Shown here in pieces: positions 57,423-64,000 of a DNA stretch of 64,000 nt. The translations under genes and the position numbers were made by a program. Below the pieces are notes generated by a model, which made no database searches, was not told where the DNA came from, and worked only from the letters and a program-made list of their open reading frames with translations. The DNA comes from Spirochaetia bacterium (GTDB lineage: Bacteria > Spirochaetota > Spirochaetia > SZUA-6 > Bin103): positions 3,072,001 through 3,136,000 of the forward strand of contig OZ241863.1 of NCBI GenBank assembly GCA_965203055.1, read 5' to 3'. How positions within the stretch are numbered: position 1 is the first letter of the stretch; each line of letters opens with the position of its first letter.

Positions 57423-57836
57423 ATGGGCCTCATTTACGCCGAGGCGCGCCTGTCCAACCCCCGAGACGGCGCGCTGGCGCCGTTGCAGGTCAAGGCGCTG
57501 GTGGACACCGGAGCGATCACGCTCTGCATCCCGCAGCACGTCGCCGTCCAACTGAACCTGTCCGAGCTCGAACGACGGGAGGTGACGACGGCGGACGGAA
57601 CGCGCCGCGCCGTTCCCTACGTCGGACCCGTGCAGGTCGGGTTCGGGAACCGGTCGTGCTTCACCGGCGCGCTGGTCATCGGCGACAGCGTGTTGTTGGG
57701 CGCCATCCCCCTGGAAGACATGGACTTGGTCATCGACGCTTCCCGGCAGCGCCTGACCGTCAACCCGGACAGCCCCAACATCCCCTCCGCCCTGGTCAAG
57801 TCCTTCGTCCCGGTAGTTCCGCGATCCGTTTGCTGA
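57423..57836 (+). CDS. Clan AA (retropepsin-like) aspartic protease, AF_0612-like
   Basis: MGLIYAE, ALVDTGA, TADG, LLGAIPLEDMDL. TTGACG-16-TAAGAT promoter 8 nt before the ATG. Confidence 0.9.
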   Translation: MGLIYAEARLSNPRDGALAPLQVKALVDTGAITLCIPQHVAVQLNLSELERREVTTADGTRRAVPYVGPVQVGFGNRSCFTGALVIGDSVLLGAIPLEDMDLVIDASRQRLTVNPDSPNIPSALVKSFVPVVPRSVC

Positions 57837-59304
57837 CGTCATCGGCGACTTCGAGCATTTCGGCAGGAGCGCGAACCGTCTCCCCTTGGCGCTGCCGCAG
57901 GGCGACGATGAGCGGCGCCAACGCTGCTGCCTTTTCCGGTTCGGTCCGCAGGATTGCGATCACTTCGCTCTCCGGGACGCCGCCGGCGAGCAGGATGGAT
58001 ACGCCCTCGATGACCGCCGGCGCCATGGTTTCCAGTTCGGGAGCGAGCGCGGCGTACCCGGTGCAAAACCAGGCGCTGGGCGCCGCCATCCGGGGGTACG
58101 GCGCCTTCCAGGCGACCTCGGCGCGCGTGTCGCCGGTATAGAAGACCGTCATGAAGCGGAGCAGGCTTCTTACCGCGGCGGCTTGGTCACGTTCGCGCCG
58201 GAGTTTGTAGTAGATGCTGTAGAGGCGTTGCGCGGCGGAGTAGAGCCGGTGCGGGCCGCCGGGCCGCCGGATCACCGCTCCGCGATGGGCCAGCCGGCCG
58301 AGCATGGTGGATACCGTGCGGATGTCCAGGCGCGCGCGCCCGGCGATCTCTCCGGCCGTCGACGGTTGCCAGAGGTCGATCAGAGCGAGGTAGACGCGGC
58401 GCTCGGTCTTGCCGATGGTTTCCAGATGGCCGCGAAAGTACTCGGTGTGATCGTCGATCAGCTTTACCAAGTGTTCCGTCAACCGGCGAATGGACCGGTG
58501 TCGTGAGAATACGGCGGTAATTGCCAACAGACGCGGATCGCCGCCGGTGAGGATTTCCAAAGGTCTGATCTGGCGTTCGCTCACCGTGCGGCCGCTGAGG
58601 GTCTGCCACAGACAGCGGCACTGCGCCGTGTCCAAGGGCGGCAGACCGATTATCCGGAATAGCTCGAAGAACGGCTCCCGGGCATCGTCGAGCGCCTCGA
58701 AGCGGCTGGTCGCGGTGGCGAGCAGGATGATCTGAGGCTCCGTCTGCAGCGTCTTGCGCAGCTTCCACCCGAAGTCGCCATCCACGTTGCCGTACAGTCC
58801 CTGCAGGTTTTCCACCATCACCACGAGTTGCTTGCCGAGCCGGTCCGCCGCTTCGAGGACGGCGACCCGGGCGCGTTCATCCAGTTCTCGCTCCCGCCAG
58901 CGGGCGGCGAGATCGGCGTGCGTCTCTCGCAGGTTCCGCGCGAACTCCGGATGTTGCGTACTCGTCTCCAGGGCGAGGTAGAACAACGCGTCGAGCCAGA
59001 AATCCGCTGCGTTGAAGATCTCATGGCTCTCCTCCATGAAGCGGACCGGCAGCAGCCGCGCCGACAGTCCGGGGTCGGTGCGCAACTCGGCGGCCACGCG
59101 CGCCAGGAGCATGGTCTTGCCGCGGCCTCGGGGGCCGACGATCAGCGTGTGCTGACAAGACTCGGCATCGACGTTGCCGCGCAGGACCTCGAGCACCGCA
59201 TCGAGCTCGTGACGGCGAACGACGTACTGCTCGATGATCTCCGCGTCCGATTGGAACGTACCGGGATTGAACGTGCGTACGACGTGATTCTGCAAAGCGC
59301 TCAT
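57796..59304 (-). CDS. STAND/AAA-like ATPase with winged HTH and short C-terminus
   Basis: GPRGRGKT, atypical Walker B VMVEN, TGGDPR, wHTH (TAGEIA...VSTMLGRL). ATGA overlap with the upstream gene. Confidence 0.75.
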   Translation of the reverse strand: MSALQNHVVRTFNPGTFQSDAEIIEQYVVRRHELDAVLEVLRGNVDAESCQHTLIVGPRGRGKTMLLARVAAELRTDPGLSARLLPVRFMEESHEIFNAADFWLDALFYLALETSTQHPEFARNLRETHADLAARWRERELDERARVAVLEAADRLGKQLVVMVENLQGLYGNVDGDFGWKLRKTLQTEPQIILLATATSRFEALDDAREPFFELFRIIGLPPLDTAQCRCLWQTLSGRTVSERQIRPLEILTGGDPRLLAITAVFSRHRSIRRLTEHLVKLIDDHTEYFRGHLETIGKTERRVYLALIDLWQPSTAGEIAGRARLDIRTVSTMLGRLAHRGAVIRRPGGPHRLYSAAQRLYSIYYKLRRERDQAAAVRSLLRFMTVFYTGDTRAEVAWKAPYPRMAAPSAWFCTGYAALAPELETMAPAVIEGVSILLAGGVPESEVIAILRTEPEKAAALAPLIVALRQRQGETVRAPAEMLEVADDVSKRIAELPGRRT

Positions 59305-60515
59305 CGGCGCGAGATCGGAACGTGGTGGTCACGGAAGCGCGCTGCCCACCAGTCTTTGAGAAGGCGGGACGGAAAGCGGTACCCGTCGTCCCGATGTTCA
59401 AGATAGCCGTCGTGCAGCAACACGTCCATCACCTCGATGATGCGGCCCTGCGCGTCGTCGAGCAAGCGGGAGTACAACTCACCGAGGCGGTCACGCGCAA
59501 CAGCGGTAAACACCTCTTGAGTGGCCGCTTCCGCAAGTACCTCCATGGCGATGGATCGGCTCTCGTTGTCGAGCCCGTCGCGGAGACGCGTCTCGTAATG
59601 CGCAAGATCGTTCTGGCCGGAAGGTCCGAGAAGGCGCGTATCGTATACCGTTCTGACGTCGTCTACCGTCACGCGGCCACGGTTCTCCATGACGGCGAAT
59701 TCACACAGATGGGAGAAGAACGACTGTACTTGGTAGGGAACACCAATGCCTAGCGCGTCGTATACTGCGCCGGCGACGCCATCATCGAAAGACGGCGAGC
59801 TGTTGCTCCTTGCGAGCAGGTCGAAGCATTCGACACTGAGTTCGCGGCTCCACGGTAGGAGACGAAAGAGCTGCAGGTAGTTGATGCGATCGGGTATTCC
59901 GAGGCGCTGCACCATGGGTGCGAGGCCGATGCTGCCGGACACCATGAGAACGGGCGAACCGCTGCCCAGACCTTGGAATGCACCGCGCAGCCAGCTCAGG
60001 AACCGCTCGACCCGTTGGGGACCGCCAGTTTCGTCCAGCATCCGCTTGAGAAAGACGGGCAGCTCGTCGATCACGAGGAGAACCTGCTTGTCGTGTTCGG
60101 CGCAGCTACGGAGCAGCCGCTCTCCGTGATCTCTCCAGTTTCCTGCTGCCAGCCGCTCGCGGACCCTCAAGCGGAAGCCACTTGCTCCGATCTCCTCGAC
60201 GGTTCCAAGAGCTTGCCGAGCCGCGGCTCCCCAGCGCGACATGATTGAGCGCACCTGGTACGCCGCGTGCGCGATGTCCGCGATCACGTCTTCGGGGCAG
60301 GTCGCGTCCTCCACGTTGGTGAAGAGCATGGTCCAATCGCCGGAGTCGGTGAGCCGGCGGCCGAGTTCTCGCGCGACGCTCGTCTTGCCCATGCGTCGTT
60401 GCCCGGCCAGCAGCACGTGATTGCCGGCACGCACCCGCATCTCCAGTATCCGAAGCTCGCGGTCGCGGTCGAAGAAGTCGGAGCCGCTCACCCAGCGGCC
60501 AGTCGCTGATTTCAT
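59301..60515 (-). CDS. STAND/archaeal-type AAA ATPase
   Basis: FFDRDRE, GQRRMGKTS, LVIDELP, SGS, GVPY, LLHDGYL, LLKDWW. Confidence 0.8.
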   Translation of the reverse strand: MKSATGRWVSGSDFFDRDRELRILEMRVRAGNHVLLAGQRRMGKTSVARELGRRLTDSGDWTMLFTNVEDATCPEDVIADIAHAAYQVRSIMSRWGAAARQALGTVEEIGASGFRLRVRERLAAGNWRDHGERLLRSCAEHDKQVLLVIDELPVFLKRMLDETGGPQRVERFLSWLRGAFQGLGSGSPVLMVSGSIGLAPMVQRLGIPDRINYLQLFRLLPWSRELSVECFDLLARSNSSPSFDDGVAGAVYDALGIGVPYQVQSFFSHLCEFAVMENRGRVTVDDVRTVYDTRLLGPSGQNDLAHYETRLRDGLDNESRSIAMEVLAEAATQEVFTAVARDRLGELYSRLLDDAQGRIIEVMDVLLHDGYLEHRDDGYRFPSRLLKDWWAARFRDHHVPISRR

Positions 60516-60536
60516 ATCGCAGGTCCTCGCACTTCA

Positions 60537-60567
60537 ACGATACGTAGATACTAACCTGTTGTCAACA
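60537..60567 (-). promoter_or_regulatory. Promoter of the ATPase pair with an inverted repeat over the -35
   Basis: TTGACA (60565-60), 17-nt spacer, TATCGT (60542-37). TGTTG-T-CAACA at 60557-60567. Confidence 0.7.
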
Positions 60568-60836
60568 ACATTGTGGACCACTGATCGGTTGAACTGATTG
60601 CTGCCCTGGACGCCTTGTGTCACGGGCTGATCTCGCTACGCCGACGCGAACTGACGTATCCGCTGTGGCAGGCAGCACACGGCAACGTCGTTTTGCGGTA
60701 TACTTCGGGCGATGTGTGCGCTGGCGCGCCACTCTCGTTCGGAAGCGCCAGCTTGGCCACTATTGAATCTGGCGCAGATGCAGGCCGGCGCGTTGTGTGG
60801 CGCAGGCTCGAAACCTCAAGCGTAGAGGCACTCACT

Positions 60837-62183
60837 ATGGAAAACGGACAGCGAGCAGAAGACGGTATCTGTTCAATCGCCGTGCATGGCTTCAAGTGCC
60901 TTGCAAAGGAGAGCCGCATCGAGATTCGCCCGCTGACGATCCTGGCAGGCGCCAACAGCTCCGGCAAGTCCAGCATCATGCAACCCCTGTTGCTGATGAA
61001 GCAGACGCTTCAGGCCAGCTACGATCCGGGAGCCTTGTTGTTGAACGGACCAAACGTGAGGCTCACGTCCGTCGACCAGCTTGTTTCGCGGCCGGAGCTC
61101 AGCAGCCATGCCTTCACATTCTCGGTCGAGGCTCCAAAGAGCATAACACATAGTATCACGTTCTTTCCTTCCAAGGACCGCGAGATCGAAATTCAGGCGA
61201 TGTACATCGACAGAGACAACGGAGGCGTCCATTCTATTCGCTTGACTCCAGGTCGCAAGGGAGATGACTTACAATTAGATCTGTCACGTCTTCTTCCCGG
61301 TGAATCAGTACCCGAACCACCTGACGGAACCCAACTCGTTATAAACAGATATCGATGTTATCTTGCCTTTACTTTCGAGGTTATTGCTGGTAACGAGTCG
61401 TCATTCTCTATACCAACATTTGGCCTATTTCCGTCCAACTATTTGGAGCGAATGATCCACGTACCGGGACTACGCGGCAATCCTGAGCGCATTTACGAGC
61501 GGACGGCATCGGGACCGTCGTTTCCGGGTACGTTCGAGAAATATGTTGCTACCATCATTGCAGATTGGATAAAGAACGACGATGATCGCTTGACGGAACT
61601 GGAAACCGAGCTCGCACAGCTTGGTATGACCGGAGAAGTTTCGGTACGGCCTGTCACTGATGCGCAACTGGAAATTCAAGTAGGTCGGCTTCCGGGAACG
61701 ACGTCGCGCGGCCAAGACTTGGTGAATATCGCGGACGTGGGCTTCGGAGTCTCGCAGGTGTTACCCGTACTCGTTGCGCTGCTGGTCGCAGAGAGAGCGC
61801 AGCTTGTATACGTCGAACAGCCGGAACTGCACTTGCACCCAAGAGCGCAGTACGCGCTCGCGGGAATCATGGCGGATACGGCGAAGCGCGGCGTCAAGGT
61901 GGTAGCGGAAACCCATAGCGCCCTGCTATTGCTGCAAATTCGAACGTTGCTGGCGAAAGGAAACCTTGACCCCGATCTGGTGAAGCTGCACTGGTTTTTG
62001 CGTGACCCGGAGGATGGAACGACATCGATCCATTCCACCGATCTGGACGAGAACGGCGCCTTCGGAGAGTGGCCGGAGGATTTCGGCGACGTCGACCTGA
62101 AGGCCGAGGGCGCGTACCTCGACGCGGTAGCGGAGCGCGGCAGCCATAATGACAAAGAAGCATCCTCGCAGATTGGTGATTGA
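60837..62183 (+). CDS. ABC-type ATPase (AAA_15/AAA_21) with DUF3696-like C-terminus
   Basis: GFKC, GANSSGKS, DVGFGVSQ, EQPELHLHP, ETHS, DENG...WPEDF. Start placed at ATG 60837. Confidence 0.85.
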   Translation: MENGQRAEDGICSIAVHGFKCLAKESRIEIRPLTILAGANSSGKSSIMQPLLLMKQTLQASYDPGALLLNGPNVRLTSVDQLVSRPELSSHAFTFSVEAPKSITHSITFFPSKDREIEIQAMYIDRDNGGVHSIRLTPGRKGDDLQLDLSRLLPGESVPEPPDGTQLVINRYRCYLAFTFEVIAGNESSFSIPTFGLFPSNYLERMIHVPGLRGNPERIYERTASGPSFPGTFEKYVATIIADWIKNDDDRLTELETELAQLGMTGEVSVRPVTDAQLEIQVGRLPGTTSRGQDLVNIADVGFGVSQVLPVLVALLVAERAQLVYVEQPELHLHPRAQYALAGIMADTAKRGVKVVAETHSALLLLQIRTLLAKGNLDPDLVKLHWFLRDPEDGTTSIHSTDLDENGAFGEWPEDFGDVDLKAEGAYLDAVAERGSHNDKEASSQIGD

Positions 62184-62676
62184 CGCCGACGTCGCCCGCT
62201 CCGCGGGTACATCGGAGCATCCCGTTTCAAGCGCCTGCCGCCTATTCCTGGAGATAGTGCGGGATGTCGGACATCACGTCGTGATGACGAGGGCGATCAT
62301 GGAAGAATGGAGCACCCATCTATCCAGGTTCTCGAGGAAGTGGCTCACACAGATGCACGGAAAGAAGCAAGTCCATGGCGACGATGCGCCGCGCGCCGAG
62401 AATCTGCGAAGACGTATCGTAGCCGCCGTCCCGGATAACCGTCAGCAGGCCGCCGAGAAGGATGTGCATCTCATCGAGGCGGCGCTCGGGACGGATCGTT
62501 TGGTAGCTTCTCAGGACGAGAGGGCGCGCGGAATATTTCGAGAGGCGTCCCGCGGCGTCCGGGAACTGAAGCCGATCGTCTGGGTAAATCCGACGCTGCC
62601 GGCTGACGATCCGATCGGTTGGCTTCGGAATGGCGCGCAATCCGAAGCGTGCCGGCGGTTGGGGTCAGGCGCGTGA
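62149..62676 (+). CDS. PIN-like domain protein
   Basis: Acidic tetrad in PIN spacing: LVIDADV, MEEW, KDVHLIEAA, VASQD. Overlaps the ATPase 3' end. Confidence 0.6.
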   Translation: MTKKHPRRLVIDADVARSAGTSEHPVSSACRLFLEIVRDVGHHVVMTRAIMEEWSTHLSRFSRKWLTQMHGKKQVHGDDAPRAENLRRRIVAAVPDNRQQAAEKDVHLIEAALGTDRLVASQDERARGIFREASRGVRELKPIVWVNPTLPADDPIGWLRNGAQSEACRRLGSGA

Positions 62677-64000
62677 TGGGCGGGCTGCCGCAGTGGTGGT
62701 CCGGGTACGGGCGGTGGGCCGTGCGGCGCGCGGATTGGCGATCCGCTGCAGTTCCCGGAGGACCTTCCGCACGTCGTCGGGCACGGCGGCCATGGCGTCG
62801 ATGATCTCGGCATCCACGATCCGCAAGGGAAGCCCCTGCTCCTGCAGCCAAGCGCGCAGCCGCCGGAACACCTCCTTCGCGTCGCACCAGCGAGTCGGCT
62901 CCTCCCACGCCTGAAGCAGGAAGGCGTCCGCCCGCTCTATGGCCGTGGTCAGCGCCAAGCTGCGGTCGTCATTCTGAATGCGCGTGGCAACCGCCTGCCG
63001 GACGGGTTCCCGCTGCCCGTCCACAAGGGAACGCAACGCATCGACGAAGGCGTCCTGGTGCTGGCGCCACCGCTGTTCCTCGCCTTTCGCGGCGGCTTGC
63101 CGATGCAGGGCGCCGGTGAGCGCTTCGACATCGAGCAGATAGTTCTCGATCTCGTTGGCTTCCCACAACCGCACGATGAGTTCAAGCCCATACTCCTTGG
63201 CTTGCGCCCGCCTGGTGAGCTCAAGCCGATCCCTGCGCCACGCCGCGTCGGTGCGATAGTCGCGGTCGCCGATCACCACCATGCGCACCGGCTGACCTGC
63301 GACGCCGGTACTGCGGAGCAGATCGTTCACCTGCCGCGCCAAGTCCAGCACGCGCGCCTCCACCGGTCCCTGGTACGTGTACAGGAAGGTCAGGGCGCGC
63401 CAGACCGCCCGCTGCTTCTTCTCGCCCCACTGCCGGCGCGCAAACGCTTCGAGCAGCTTGCGATCGCTCCGGTTCTCGACGAAGACAAGCGCGCGGTTGG
63501 TCAGCAGCGGGACGATTTCCATGCGGTCCATGGCGCCCAGGTCTTCGAGCAGTCGGAGCTGCCACGGTCCAAGATCGAGCGGGATCACCTTCCCATCCCG
63601 GCAGACCCTGACCGATCCCTCGGGAGCCGCGCTCAGAAGCTGTGGGGAGTGGGTGGCCAGGATGAACTGGGCCTGCTCGTCGCGGGATAGCCGTACCATG
63701 ATGCCCATGAGCTGCTCCTGCAGCCGGGCGTGGAGATGGGCGTCGGGTTCGTCCAGCAGCAGCACCCGCGCTCCGGGAGTGAGTACCGACACCAGAATCT
63801 GCAGCGCCTGATGAAACCCCGATCCGGTGACCACCACGTCCAGTTCCCGGGTGAGCGCCCGGTCGCGATAGGCGGCGTTGATGAACCGGTCGACGTCCAC
63901 GTCGAAGGCGATGCGCAGGACGCTCTCCGGGAACAGGTCGCCGAGCAGCTCGAGCAGCGTCTTCCAGCGCGCTTCGTGGCGCTCCCTCAGCTCCCAGAGC
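62665..64000 (-). CDS. OLD-like ABC ATPase-TOPRIM protein, 5' part beyond window edge
   Basis: The frame is open to the window end. GSGFHQ, LLLDEPDAHLH, ATHSP, TOPRIM FVENRSD and GDRD, EIENYL. Confidence 0.82.
   Translation of the reverse strand, partial: LWELRERHEARWKTLLELLGDLFPESVLRIAFDVDVDRFINAAYRDRALTRELDVVVTGSGFHQALQILVSVLTPGARVLLLDEPDAHLHARLQEQLMGIMVRLSRDEQAQFILATHSPQLLSAAPEGSVRVCRDGKVIPLDLGPWQLRLLEDLGAMDRMEIVPLLTNRALVFVENRSDRKLLEAFARRQWGEKKQRAVWRALTFLYTYQGPVEARVLDLARQVNDLLRSTGVAGQPVRMVVIGDRDYRTDAAWRRDRLELTRRAQAKEYGLELIVRLWEANEIENYLLDVEALTGALHRQAAAKGEEQRWRQHQDAFVDALRSLVDGQREPVRQAVATRIQNDDRSLALTTAIERADAFLLQAWEEPTRWCDAKEVFRRLRAWLQEQGLPLRIVDAEIIDAMAAVPDDVRKVLRELQRIANPRAARPTARTRTTTAAARPSRA

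Overview
This is a high-GC bacterial chromosomal window. Five solute-binding proteins share a spirochaete-style N-terminus (hydrophobic signal followed by A-[SG]-G-x-E-E, no lipobox Cys), so a Spirochaetia host is a reasonable inference. The accessory content (PhyH, sulfatase, Rpn, AAA-DUF4143, many importers) resembles host-associated marine MAGs; that is also inference. Layout: (1) 1-15645, a sugar/peptide import and catabolism cluster with two CUT1-type ABC systems, one Dpp/Opp-type system, a beta-propeller hydrolase, a PhyH dioxygenase and a GH5-cupin fusion. (2) 15662-27610, a defence island with radC, a coiled-coil/nuclease-like protein, a Schlafen/AlbA_2 protein, a 1.1-kb cassette between direct repeats, type III R-M with a low-GC recognition domain, three toxin-less antitoxin genes and two AAA-DUF4143 genes. 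The cassette hides a doubly frameshifted phage-like gene absent from the ORF track. (3) 27843-35112, Dpp import, a desaturase, a zinc-ribbon protein and an orphan DppA. (4) 35151-41520, a cobalamin-riboswitch-controlled btuCFD-cobTSUC salvage operon. (5) 41588-42670, an Rpn nuclease with a clear internal SD and ATG for a small intragenic antitoxin. (6) 42799-57076, sulfatase, SnoaL protein, aldolase, Gld-like ABC system, heterodimeric exporter and another Dpp system. (7) 57423-64000, a second conflict-system cluster with a clan AA protease, a coupled pair of STAND-like ATPases, an ABC-ATPase(DUF3696)+PIN pair and an OLD-like ATPase-TOPRIM. At least seven genes appear to be leaderless. No rRNA, tRNA, CRISPR array, integrase or IS transposase was seen. 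All family calls come from motif recognition by eye, not database searches.
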